From assembly GCA_951406725.2 (NCBI GenBank), contig OX597817.1:175274001-175338000 (forward strand): 64,000 bases of DNA, given 5' to 3'. This DNA is from Octopus vulgaris. Lineage: Eukaryota. The notes beneath the pieces were generated by a model. It ran no database searches. It was not told the origin of the DNA and saw only the letters and a program-made list of their open reading frames with translations. This document shows positions 14,223-27,159 of the stretch, piece after piece. A program made the translations under genes and the position numbers. Positions within the stretch are counted from its first letter, which is position 1. Every line of letters begins with the position of its first letter.

Positions 14223-14292
<70 letters not shown>

Positions 14293-14311
14293 TTTATTAT
14301 CATTATTATTA

Positions 14312-14358
<47 letters not shown>

Positions 14359-14359
14359 A

Positions 14360-14394
<35 letters not shown>

Positions 14395-14396
14395 TA

Positions 14397-14767
14397 GTTT
14401 TATTTTTATAGCGTGCTTTCACTTCACTACCGAGCGCAGCTCTGTGTGCCTTGGGTATGTGCTGTGATTTGTTGTGATGCTCTGATGGTTATTGTATGGA
14501 AAGTGTTCTGCGTAGGATGTGTGCAGTGCCTAGTAGTGCAATTTTCTGTATGTTATATGTGTTTGTAAGTCCTGGTGTTTTTGTTATGTATTTGTCTGAA
14601 TATTTTTTTATCATGCCTAATGTACCTACTATGATAGGAATTGTTTCTGTTTTCAGGTTCCACATTCTAGTTACCTCTATTTCCAGGTCTTTGTATTTTG
14701 AGAGTTTCTCCATTTCTTTTAGAGACACGTTGTCATCTGCCGGTATTGATACATCAATTAGAAAGCA

Positions 14768-14770
<3 letters not shown>
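14397..14770 (-). mobile_element. RLE-type LINE 3' fragment, same family, inverted
   Basis: ORF 14489-14728 SLKEMEKLSKYKDLEIEVTRMW...IQKIALLGTAHILRR. 3' UTR matches 13730-13810. Flanked by (TTA)n. Confidence 0.9.
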
Positions 14771-14837
<67 letters not shown>

Positions 14838-14842
14838 CATCA

Positions 14843-14914
<72 letters not shown>

Positions 14915-14915
14915 C

Positions 14916-15007
<92 letters not shown>

Positions 15008-16894
15008 TAGTCATGATCTTTACAAATCCTTTGAAATCCATGTGATACAGTGCAAAATGTTCACCAACGATACTCCTCATCTTTTTATTAAGGTTTTCTT
15101 ACTTCAACACCACGTTCATTTGGTGTTAAGCAAATATAACATTTTTATTTGAATAGTGGAGAGTGTTGGAAACAAGGCGTGTTTATTGAAAAGCTTCTCG
15201 TCCAAAATCTAAAGTCGTTACAAACCGTTTTGTCAATCCTCATTTCACATGAAGTAGGTAACAAAAAAATCATATAACGGTTTTGGCTGTCATTCTCTCC
15301 GTGGAAGTCCCTGAACTTACTGGTAAGAGTCATCAACAACCCTGCAATCCCATAAGCAAACAAAATACGATTATTTTGTTCAACTACCCAATAAATCAAA
15401 AATAAACCAAACACATCGTTAAAGACTTCAAATACATTTCAGTCTTTTACTACACAAATGTTCAGTAGAGGAAAATATTATTCACTTCTACATAATTGCT
15501 GTTGTTGTTGCGTTGTTTAGCCCCGCATTAATTCCAATAAGAAGACCTACCAAAAAAGGATCTGACCATCCTATGTCTTTGTGTGTGTATCAGGGATTAC
15601 ATTTTTCAGTGTATCCTTTATTTAAGACGATAGAGTGTAATTTGTGGATTGGTATGTCTGGGAAGTGAAATGGTCACTTATAGTTCCTAGTTACGAAAGC
15701 TGGCAAATATTTAGTTGCTAAATATGGCATCTTTAGATTACCACAAGACTATGAATAGCTGATGATGCTGGGTAAATTTCAGTTTTGTATACTTTATTAA
15801 ATTAAAATGTTTTAAAATCATGATTTAAAATAGTATCCTGTAGTTTACTTTGTTCAATAAGGCTTCAAATGAAAAACAGAATAGAAAGATATGGAGGATG
15901 AGTTCAGAGAGGCAAAGGAGTTGGTGAAACTTAAAACTTTCAAGAACCAGAAACCTAGACGTTAGGAATAATAAATTCAGTTATAAATAATTAGAAATTT
16001 TACATTAAAACTTTTAATCTACCTGGGTAATTGAAAAGAAAAAGTTGGAAGTTAAACTCAAAAATCAGCTCTTCAAACCATAAAATCTTATTTAGAAGTC
16101 GACAAAATGAAACCTCGAAAATGTGTTTCATTCTTTGATTGAACACAGAAACAAGAAGGAAATAAAATTTTTTTAATATGTATCTAAGTATTTTATGATT
16201 TTAGTATGAATCAAATTTTAATCTATTTAGTGTCTTTACATCGATTACACAACGTAACACATTCTGCTACCGTTTTTCGTTTCTCCTCATTTTGCCACAA
16301 TCTTTTCTCGAGTCTAGAACGTTGACTCAAAAAGTTATTAGTCTTTCTCTATCGTCAGCTGAAACGGATTCTATGTTGTTGTTTTTTTAATCCGAAAAGT
16401 TATACGATAGTAAAGGGTATTTTCACTTACATATAAAAATTATAATGTTAAAAGTTATCTACATATTATCATTTGCATAAGTTCCTCTTTTTCTAATTTT
16501 CAATCGATATCACCTGATCATTTTCACACATTTATAAGGAAAGATAAAGTCAAAATAACGACCTTCATCCCAAAAGTCAAGAAGTTAAAGGACAAAAATA
16601 TCGATTTCCATCTAACGTGGAATATCAAAACTTTATTCATTATATACATACATATATATATATATATGTATGTGTGTATATATATATGTATATATGTATT
16701 TATATATATTTCTTTACTACCCACAAGGGGCTAAACATAGAGGGGGACAAACAAAGAATTTGAACTCAGAATGTAACGACAGACGAAATACGGCTACGCA
16801 TTTCGCCCGGCGTGCTAACGTTTCTGCCAGCTCGCCGCCATAAATAAATATGTATTTATATATATATATGTATTTATATATATAAATATGTATT

Positions 16895-16944
<50 letters not shown>

Positions 16945-17002
16945 ATAACAATATAATAAATAAATAAATAAAATAAATAAAATAAAATAAATATACATAT
17001 AC

Positions 17003-17077
<75 letters not shown>

Positions 17078-17096
17078 ACAATTATTCGGTAGCCAT

Positions 17097-17157
17097 GATA
17101 AGACTCCGAATTTCAGATGTCGGGGCGAAAACCTACGCTGGTATCTCTTCAGTTATC
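17097..17157 (-). ncRNA. Hammerhead-like motif, imperfect
   Basis: Minus strand GATAA-CTGAAGA-GAT...ATC-T-GAAA-TTCGGAG-TC-TTATC: 5-bp stem I, intact core boxes, GUC site. Stem II is weak or out of register by one base. Confidence 0.55.
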
Positions 17158-17400
17158 GGGCCATCGAACAAAAATGCTATGAAAATGACCGTTAAACAAA
17201 GGGGAATTATTGTGTGATTGACCGTTATTAAGATAAAAGAGCTATTAGAATGACCGCTACGTCCCCGCAACGTAGCGGTTCGGCAAAAGAGGCCGATAGA
17301 GACCGATAGGCTTACAAAGAATAAGTCCTGGGGTCGATTTGCTCGACTAAAGGCGGTGCTCCAGCATGGTCACAGTCAAATGACTGAAACAAGTAATAGA

Positions 17401-17457
<57 letters not shown>

Positions 17458-17550
17458 TATTAGGGAATAAATCCAAACTTACAGGGAAAATCAGATTTAG
17501 GATTAAATCCAATTTTATAGTATAAATATATTATATTATATTATATCAAA

Positions 17551-17786
17551 TTAGAGATTAAACCACTATTAGGCAAATCAAACAATGAAAAACATAAGCC
17601 AATACATAAAATTAATTAATTTATATTATTTTAAATATATATCAAAAGTATTAAAAGTTTACTCTTTATCTTTTATTAAACTTTTAATACTTTTGATATA
17701 TATTTAAAATAATATAAATTAATAATTTTATGTATTGGCTTATGTTTTTCATTGTTTGATTTGCCTAATAGTGGTTTTATCTCTAA
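17551..17786. repeat. Fold-back inverted repeat (about 110-bp arms)
   Basis: TTAGAGATTAAACCACTATTAGGCAAATCAAACAATG... mirrored by ...CATTGTTTGATTTGCCTAATAGTGGTTTTATCTCTAA. Confidence 0.92.
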
Positions 17787-17992
17787 TGTAATATTATATA
17801 TATATATGAAATATAGAAAACTGCCGTTTACCCTGTTTCGCCAATCATTTAATTATGCTTCTGTAGAACAAGAGTTATGAATAATATGTTTTTCAAGACA
17901 CAGAAGAGCTGGTGTGGATTTTCTATAGCCATAAATTATAGTTTAAAAATTTGAGATCTGATTTAACCAATAACTGAAACATATCTGCTTCA

Positions 17993-18250
17993 TTGTGTCT
18001 GGGGAGAGTCATTTTCTTCTTGTGCCTTATTATGTAACAGACTCACCGGTAAAATTTCCGCGCTTTTCTTATTTTTATTTTCCTAAAATTTTCGTTGCGT
18101 CTTGCAACCTTTTCAATAGTTTTGACTTGAAAAAGTTGAAAGACGCAACGAAAATTTTTTGACAATAAAAATAAGAAAAGCGTGGAAATTTTACCGGTGA
18201 GTGTGTTACATAATAAGGCACAAGAAGAAAATGACTCTCCCCAGACACAA
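17993..18250. repeat. Fold-back inverted repeat (about 122-bp arms, about 11-nt loop)
   Basis: TTGTGTCTGGGGAGAGTCATTTTCTTCTTGTGCC... mirrored by ...GGCACAAGAAGAAAATGACTCTCCCCAGACACAA. Confidence 0.93.
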
Positions 18251-18415
18251 CAGAATATGCTTCAACGCACGAACTCATATAATGAATCTTGCAAACCAAA
18301 TCCCAAAACGAAATATCTGTTTCATTTATTACAAGAAAAACGAGTGTTTAGCAAAAGCAGTAAAATATGGGTTTCCACAGAATCTGACTCTGGTTAGCAT
18401 TTATTGATAACTTAC

Positions 18416-18652
18416 CTGGTTTGTCTTGCGGGCTGGTTTCATTCTTGTAGTTGCTGGTTGTTGTTGTTTCAGAGATAGAAATAGTAGTTACTGGTGTAGG
18501 AACAGTGATATATGATAGAGTAGTTGTAGTGCTTGGTGAGACTTCTGTGGTGCTTGTATCATTTACTTTCAGCACAGGGGACTTAGTCGTCTTCTCAAGC
18601 ACAACAGGTGTTGTCTTTGATACGATGTTACCGGGAACTTCAGGTTCACCAA
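18416..18652 (-). CDS. Internal exon: Thr/Ser/Pro/Val-rich mucin-like linker of the VWA protein
   Basis: Acceptor AATTTCAG|TT, donor CAG|GTAAGT, 237 nt, phase 1-1. Encodes VGEPEVPGNIVSKTTPVV...TTTSNYKNETSPQDKP. Confidence 0.85.
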
Positions 18653-19106
18653 CTGAAATTAAAATTTCCCATATTAACATCATCGGCAGGACAAACAACA
18701 AGGATCAGAACATTGGTTAGTCAACTGCTCGAAAACCTCATTCAGGCGGTTGAGACTAATGTCTTGTTTGAACTATTGAAGTTTTGAATTACATATTGTG
18801 CCATTGAAGTTTTAGATTACATATCCATGAATGTGATCTAAACAATCGTCCGTTCAGAGGATTAACCAGAATTATGCAACCAAGCGAAATGGGACAATTT
18901 GGCGCTGCTGTTTGGACGCTGACGATTTGACATGATTAACTGGACGTTGAACATGTTCTGGCGACAATATATTTTGGCACAGGTGGCAAATACATAGTCT
19001 TACATTCACACACGCAAGCACGCAGAGCTATGCGCTCACAAATAGAGAGGAATAAAGAAAGAGAGAGAGAGAGAGAGAACGGGAGAGAGAGAGATAAAGG
19101 GAGATA

Positions 19107-19147
<41 letters not shown>

Positions 19148-20224
19148 GAGAAAGAGAGTAAGAAAGGAAAGAGAAAACTAGAGAAAAATTATAGCATCTG
19201 ATGTCAAGTTAGTCGAATCAGTGATACCGAATAAACGACACCGAAACGACCATCCGAAACGTCTCATACTCGGAAGTAGGTGACATTCAATACTACTTCT
19301 TATGTATATGTTCAATAAACATACTACTAAATACATATAAAAATATATAACTTGATGAAGTTATTCCTTATTAAGAAATTAAAAGATGATCACATGTTAA
19401 AATGGCTGACAGTTATATTAAAATAAAGAGAAATAAATTGTCTTTGTACGATTTTATGAAGAAAGGTACATAATGTATAGATCCTGAATAGGGTAAAATT
19501 TGCTGAAAGCTTGTATTATTAAGTTTATAGACCCCTGTCATTAAATCTTGGTTTTCCTCCTTTTTCTGCATCCAAGTCTTAACAAAGAATCAGGCATCTT
19601 CGCATCTTCGAGAGCTTCCTTCGTTAATTTCCAAATGAAATTTTATAGACTGAATTACTGATTTAAAATGTAACGAATTTAAACTTGCTTTCTTTTTAAC
19701 ATCGAAGATTTACCGTTTTCTTGCTCTAAATAATTTAAAGCTCTAACAAATTCGGATTGAAGTCGAAACCACACAGCTGCAAAGCAATCTACTCAGCCAT
19801 ACGGCCGTGTCTGTGTTTAATATTTTCCAAGATAAACTGAAGGTGATAAAGTTTTTCCAGTATATGTTTTGGTTCACGCCATCCGAGTTTTAAAATCAAA
19901 TCATAAAATGACTGGATGGTCATGGCTTGGAAATCGTTCACGATTTTTGAATCCCAGATTGAATGATTAATATATTTCAAAATAAACGAAGGCTAATTGG
20001 GCACCGGACTACACTCACTTTAGAGTATTTTTTTATCAACTCTTTTTGAATTTTAGAATCAAACCAGGGAAAAAGCGAGCTGGTTATGGCTGGGAAATTT
20101 TTAACTATAGATTTCATCAATCACATCAGATCTGAGGTTAAACAAAGGGCAGCTGAGCGCAAGACAAAAGGTTTTGCTGTATATTATTCAGTTTCTTTAA
20201 TCTTTAACATCAAACTTTATTTTT

Positions 20225-20515
20225 TTTTTATGCGCCCTTTTCAAGCCTAGACAGGCTCATGGGTCCGGTTTCCCGGCTTCTGTGGCGAATGTGTTCTCCC
20301 CCAGCTGGACGGGACGCCAGTCCATCGCAGCGTTACTCAAAAAACAAGAAGAGAGAGTGAGAGAAAGTTTGGGTGAAAGAGTGCAACAGGGGTCGCCCCC
20401 CCCTGCCGGAGTCTCGTGGAGCTTTTAGGTGTTTTCGCTCAATAAACACACACAACGCCCGCTCTGGGAATCGAAACCACGACCCTCCGACCACGAGTCC
20501 GCTGCCCTAACTTAG
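20225..20515 (-). mobile_element. tRNA-derived SINE family C
   Basis: Minus strand TTAGGGCAGCGGACTCGTGGTCGGAGGGTCGTGGTTTCGATTCCC (tRNA-like). Relatives at about 24570-24745, 25560-25735, 59605-59920 and 63580-63750. Confidence 0.75.
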
Positions 20516-21595
20516 CATCAAACTAGAGGAAGTAAAAAAGACAGCATGGTCACAGCTGGAAAATCGTTAGTTCTTGTGTAAGTTGGAATTAAGCCAAAAA
20601 GAATCGACAAGGGTTTTCATAATTTGGGGGCTCATAATTGTTTTTACTTGTGACGTCACTGTATCGCCCACACTATCAGATGTTGGTCACAACGTACTTC
20701 CACGCATTGCTGTGGCTTTTAAATTATGCTCTCACGTTGGATAGGCGGGCAGACGAGCATTCCTCTTGTCGCAGAGTTACCCATTTATAGCTGAGTTTGA
20801 TGCTAAAGCTGAAAGAAACTCAATAATATAAAGCAAGCTGAACTGTTTTGCTCAAGAACACGATGCACACTGGTCTGGGGCATCGAAACCACAACCTTGC
20901 GACCGTGATTGCAATACCCTAACCACTGGCCCATGCGATTTCACACTAGTGACATACTAGGTTTAAATACGTTGGCGCATCTAGCGTGTGTGCCGCCCCA
21001 GGCTGTGCTTGAGTTTGCCGCCTAACACTTCCACTCCATGTACTGGTTATACAACAGGCCGAAAAGTGCTGCCTCTATAAAAGCGTCGCCTGGAGCAGAT
21101 CGCCTCTCGCTCCTACTCCAAGCTACGCTATTGGTTGCGTCAAGTTTTAAAAAATTATATTTCTGTACATTTAAAAATATATTTAGTAATTTTTTCTATT
21201 ACACTACTTAAGTTTATTTCCATGTATGGGAAACTGAATAATGACATACATACATACATACATACATACATACATACATACATACATACATACATACATA
21301 CATACATACATACATACATACACATGCTTATAGTCTTATACACGTTGCATTTCATATATATATATATCATTAACAGTTTGTGACTCAAATTAAAAGAATT
21401 CACTGTTTATTTAATCCTATGTTTATAATTTACAACTTAAATACTAATAAGCAAACATATATGCACGTATATATGCATATGTGTGTGTGTGTGTGTGTGC
21501 ACATTTACATATAGGTGCATAGATAGATATATATGTGCATGCATGTAAGTATATATGTATCTATATCTATATCTATCTACATATATATGTATGTG

Positions 21596-21654
<59 letters not shown>

Positions 21655-21657
<3 letters not shown>

Positions 21658-22880
21658 CTCTCAAAATTGGCAAATGTTGGAATCCGTGGAAAAGTTCTAC
21701 ACTGGATTCAGTATTTCCTAGCGAATAGAACACGACATGTTGTAGTTGATGGAGTCCACTCAAACCCAGCAAAAGTCACCAGCGGTGTTCCCCAGGGAAC
21801 TGTTTTGGGTCCGCTACTCTTCATAATTTATGTAAACGACCTTTCCAGTGTCGTACATCACTGCAAAGTGAAAATATTCGCTGATGACACTAAGCTCCAG
21901 CAAATCGTCAATGAAGAAGCAGACCGAACTCAACTCCAGTCTGACCTATATGCTGTGAGTCAATGGGCAGACAGAAACAAAATGCAACTGAATGAGGGAA
22001 AATTTGAGCTGATGCATTTTGGAAGAAATTCCTCACTAAAACAACCATACTCTCTTCCTTCAGGGGAACCGCTCACAGCCTCTAACAATATCAGAGACCT
22101 GGGTGTAATTGTTGATGACGATCTCAGTTGGAGTGCACACATCAACAAGAAGGTCGATACAGCTCGTAGGATGAGTTCCTGGATCTTAAGAACTTTCCGG
22201 TCCAGAGAACAAGGTGTCATCATACCACTTTTTTCATCCTTTGTACGGCCACACCTTGAATACTGCTGCCCACTGTGGTCTCCTCACACAAGACAAAACA
22301 TCTCCAGAATTGAGTCACTCCAGAGGGCTCTCACTAAACAAATTGAAGGCATGGCTGCCCTCGATTATTGGGATCGCCTTAAAGCCTTGAAACTTTACTC
22401 CCTCCAGCGTCGCCGTGAGCGGTACATCATTTGTACGATGTGGAAAATATACCGCTAACTTTGCCCAAACGACCTAAACATTAGCTTCAAGGTTCATCCG
22501 AGACTTGGACCACGGGCTATACGTCCCCTGCCAAATTCAAGATCACAACATACATGTACACTGCAACATAATTTCTTTTCCTCAACAGGCCCTGCCCTAT
22601 TTAACATTGTCCCGAGGGAGATCAAAGAGGAAAAGGATCCCATCAACTTCAAACAGAGTCTGGATAGATTCCTTCAAAGAATACCAGATAAGCCACCCAT
22701 AATTGGATACAACTCACCCAACAAGAACTCACTACTTGAACAAAACTGGATACAACTCACCCAACAAGAACTCACTACTTGAACAAAACTTGACTTAAAC
22801 AGGATTCGAATAATCCTATCAGGTGGTGCTATTAAGTTAGACATGGCCTGGACCAATCTCTGGTCGAAACATATCTAAGT
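21655..22880 (+). mobile_element. 5'-truncated CR1/L2-group LINE (reverse transcriptase and 3' tail)
   Basis: SGVPQGTVLGPLLFIIYVNDL, FADDTKL, RDLGVIVD, VRPHLEYCCPLWSP, SLQRRRER, then a premature stop. The same 3' tail occurs at 33256-33415 and, inverted, at about 62195-62260. Confidence 0.95.
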
Positions 22881-24455
22881 TGTTTTTTTTATATATATAT
22901 ATATTATATATATATATATATTAGGTATGTATATTATATATGTATGTATTTATATGTGTGTACATACATACATACATACATACATTCAGTAAAAAACTAC
23001 ACACATACATACATTCAGTAAAAAAACTATCAATATGTATATTCAAAAGAATTATGGACAGCTAGATTGATTGACGAATTAATTTCGTCAACATATCTTC
23101 ATTAATTGCAACATAGTGTCTTAGAGAAAGAAAAAGCTGATGTTATCTAGATGCAAGTTGACGTTATACATACATATAAGTATGTTTGTGGTGTTTATAT
23201 ATTTATGTGTGCCCGGAAAATGATATCTAATGAAAGAAAAACCAACGCCGTCAAAGCTTAACACAGGATAGGAGTAGATTATTTTCCTGTTGGGTTGACA
23301 GTGTGCTATGCAGCGAACCGAAGAATTTCAGAAGGGCGATGTCGCTGTTCAACAGAATTAGGGTTGAATAAGAATCAAGCACAACTAGTCGGTCATCCTT
23401 GCCAGATTTCTTGCTCGCTTTCCCGGTATTATTCGAAAGAATCAGCAAGCCAAGAACGTACGCATTGTCTGTAGAGTAGAGTAGGGTTGCATTTAAATTA
23501 GAACAGATCAAACGCTGCGTCAGGCGTCGTCAAATTGACTTTCCTTGAATTTCATATTTATCACTTCTGATCTGGAGGAAATCCTTTTGATTCTAGGCAG
23601 CGTTTGGTCAAGAATAAACTTTCCAAAGATTGTCTGAGATGGACAACCCAGCCAGTGTTGTCATGGCACAAAAAGAAGCATTTCGAGTGAGGTGTCTTGC
23701 TGGACTCTGCCAGCTAATGTTACTATGTTATCAGAAACGATGAACATGTTACAAATCGCCAGGCCTGGTCGGCGTTTGTGAGAGATGCAGCATTGAAGAT
23801 GAATGAAGCCAGCTCAACCCACCCCGGGTGAATACTGTAAGAAAAAAAAAGCATGTTACAAGTCCTAAAGAGATTATATGCACCAATAAGAATGCTGAAG
23901 GGCTCCTTTTCTGGCAGATTTCTTGGTCATGGTGTCGTCTAACGTCATTGAAGACATTTTGCATGGTCAAATTTATAAAAAGGTGAGGAGAATCGAGATG
24001 TGCGCTTTGAAGTAAAGTATCTGGATGCGACGGCAGTTGCTTCTCATCCGTATTAGACAATGACATCGAGTTGAATGGGGCAGTGGATTACTCTGATGCA
24101 GCCGTAGAAGCTGGACACTTCAGTTAGAGCGTAGTTAAAGCATAGTGTGTGACCCGGATCCGCAATGCTCGAAGTTTTACTAATATAAATGCATATCCGA
24201 TCGTTCAGGTATTGTGAATCTAAGTGGTGAAACAACAAGACCTAAACAAGGCTGGGGTGTCATATATCCATTTTCCGGGTGTTTCATCTTTCAGATGTTC
24301 TCCCTGGAGGTAAGACGGTTTTTTTTCTCTATTTTGTTGCACACACGCATTTTTGCTAATACATACGCGGTGAAGCTACACATTAGCGTCATATTTTACG
24401 TTCGCTATTTCCAGTAAATATCAGTACTTAGTTGTGCCATTTATTTACTAATTTG

Positions 24456-24545
<90 letters not shown>

Positions 24546-24744
24546 GTATGTAAGTAAAATAAAAAATAAATGTTTCCTTCTCGAGCCTTGCCCGGTTCAT
24601 GAGGGCCGGTTTCCTGGCTCAGTGGCGTATAGATTCCCCTTCTGGACGGGACGCCGGTCTGTTGCAGCGTTACTCATTTTTGCCAGCTGAGTCGACTGGA
24701 GTAACGTTTTGCTCAAGAGCACAACGTGTCGCCCGGTCCGGGAT

Positions 24745-24816
<72 letters not shown>

Positions 24817-24932
24817 ACATACACACAAACACATACACACACATACACACAAACACATACACACACACGCACGCACGCACACACACACACAAACACATAC
24901 ACCCACACACATACACACAAACACATACACAC

Positions 24933-24990
<58 letters not shown>

Positions 24991-26004
24991 TATAAAGGGG
25001 GTAAGTTTATGGGGTTACTTGGGTTTCTCGCTCATAAGACCCCAAACACTGCTGGCTTAAGACCTCCTCAAAATGTGGAGGGGGGAAATTCCTCTCTATA
25101 AAAGAAAACACTAGGTGATTATCTCCCTTTGCCATTGGTCACCGAGCCTCGGCCGCGCCGCTACATTGTGGTCACCGAAGAACCACGAAGGTGAACGATT
25201 GTCTACCTTCGGCCTTGGCTATTGGCTTCCGGCTGTAGCGTGACCTTGCATATTCCAATATGATAGCAGGAATTCTCTAAAATGCAAGCATGGCCCGAAT
25301 ATCTCCGTCCTGGAGTTCAGGATGCTTTCTGGCTCGATCGAGTCTTTTAAGACTTTTGTGTGTTCGGCAATGCATACCGGGTGGTGCTGCAATGAAAGTT
25401 TCCCCAGGTATTGACAAAATAACATCATCATCACCACTATCACCACCAAGGAAAAAAAAAGCAATTGCAGCTATAATAAAATGCTAATTTCTCATTTAGT
25501 TCATTGACTCATGTTTTGTTTGAATTATTGAGGTTTAATATTTTAAATTATAAGAATGTGAGAGAAAGTTGTGGCGAAAGAGTCAGCAGAAGTTCGCCAT
25601 TACCTTCTGCCGGAGCCGCGTGAAACTTAGGTGTTTCGCTCATAAACACACACATCGCCCGGTCTGAGATTCGAACCCGCGATCCCTCGACCGCGAGTCC
25701 GCTGCTCTAACCACTAGGCCATGTGCCTTCACTTTAAATTATAAGAATGTGGCCCCAGAAATTGTTTATTTGGCAATCTAGCTTTACTGCTCAAAACTAA
25801 TAAACCAAGGGCAATTTTCTTCTGTTTCATATCAGTTTAATACACCTAGAAACTACTAAATTTGTAATCCGATAGATCTATTCTCCATCAGGAATTTAAA
25901 TGGTAAAATGAAATATTCAGGCGTAGGAGTGGCTGTGTGATAAGTAGCTTGCTTACCAACCATATGGTTCTTGGTTCAGTCCCACTGCGTGTCACCTTGT
26001 GAGT

Positions 26005-26238
26005 GGATTTGGTAGACGTCTACCAAATCCGTTCAAGGCTTTGATCGACTCGGGGCTATAGTAGAAGACACTTGCTCAAGGTATCATATGACTGAACCTG
26101 GAACCATGTGGTTGAGGAGGTATCTTTTTACCGCTCCTCAACCACATGGTTCCAGGTTCAGTCATATGATACCTTGGGCAAGTGCCTTCTACTATAGCCC
26201 CGAGTCGATCAAAGCCTTGTGAATGGATTTGGTAGACG
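26005..26238. repeat. Double fold-back inside a SINE B copy
   Basis: Perfect 26-bp palindrome at 26005-26030, plus arms 26017-26119 and 26134-26238. Confidence 0.92.
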
Positions 26239-26276
26239 GAAGCTGATAGAAGCCCGTCGTGTTTATAAATATATGT

Positions 26277-26343
<67 letters not shown>

Positions 26344-26604
26344 CGTGTATGTGTGTGTGTGTGTGTGTTTGTGTTTGTCTCGCATCACCGCTTGACAACT
26401 AGTGTTGCCTTGTTTACGTGCCCGTAAGAGACCGATAGAATAAGTCCCGGGCTTTAAAAAAACCCACATAAATATGAGTATTGGGGTTGGTTTGTTCGAC
26501 TAAACCCTTCAATGCAGCGCCTTTCAATGGCAGCAGTCTATTAACTGAAACAAGTGAAAGATAAGAGACAATAGATATTCAAACAAAAAAATATATTAAA
26601 TTAC

Positions 26605-27159
26605 CTCTGCAAGACTTTATGAAGAAGTTTTTCCCAATAGATTCCAAAGATTTATAATTGAAAAATCTATAGACACCATTATCTGGGTCACTTGCAATAA
26701 CTTTTAATTCCTTTATATGATATTTTTTACCGATTCCGATAGCATAGACTTTTATACCAAGTCGATGGAGATTTGCCGCTTCTGCTTTTGTCTTTCTGTG
26801 GGAACGGGAATTACCATCTGTGATAACTATTGTGACCAAAGTGGCGTTGCTTTTGACTAATGACTGGAATTGCTCTTTAACAAGTTTTAGAGCTGCTGCT
26901 GTATTTGTCCAACCACTTCGGTAACGAATTTTACTAATAGCTTTTTGCAGTTTTTCTTTGGTAACATATTGTCCAATAGGAAATTCCAAATGGGCCTTTT
27001 TACTGTATGTTATAACACCCATGCGCATTTTATTCATACCCACTTCAAAAGAATCAACGAATTCCTGTATAAATTTCAGAAGCCGCTCATAATCCTTTGG
27101 CCAGATACTTGAAGAAGAATCCAATACAAACAAGATGTCGGTTTCTTTTCCAACGCATT
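26605..27159 (-). CDS. Internal exon encoding a complete VWA domain (matrilin / collagen VI-XII-like)
   Basis: Acceptor TTTATTTCTAG|AA, donor GAG|GTAATT, 555 nt, phase 1-1. CVGKETDILFVLDSSSSIW...GWTNT...IVITDG...YAIGIG...IASDP...C has intact MIDAS residues and flanking cysteines. Confidence 0.96.

Noticed and set aside
25660-25735. tRNA-like sequence with A and B boxes
   Set aside because: It is the head of a SINE that continues into repeat body; no complete cloverleaf is supported.
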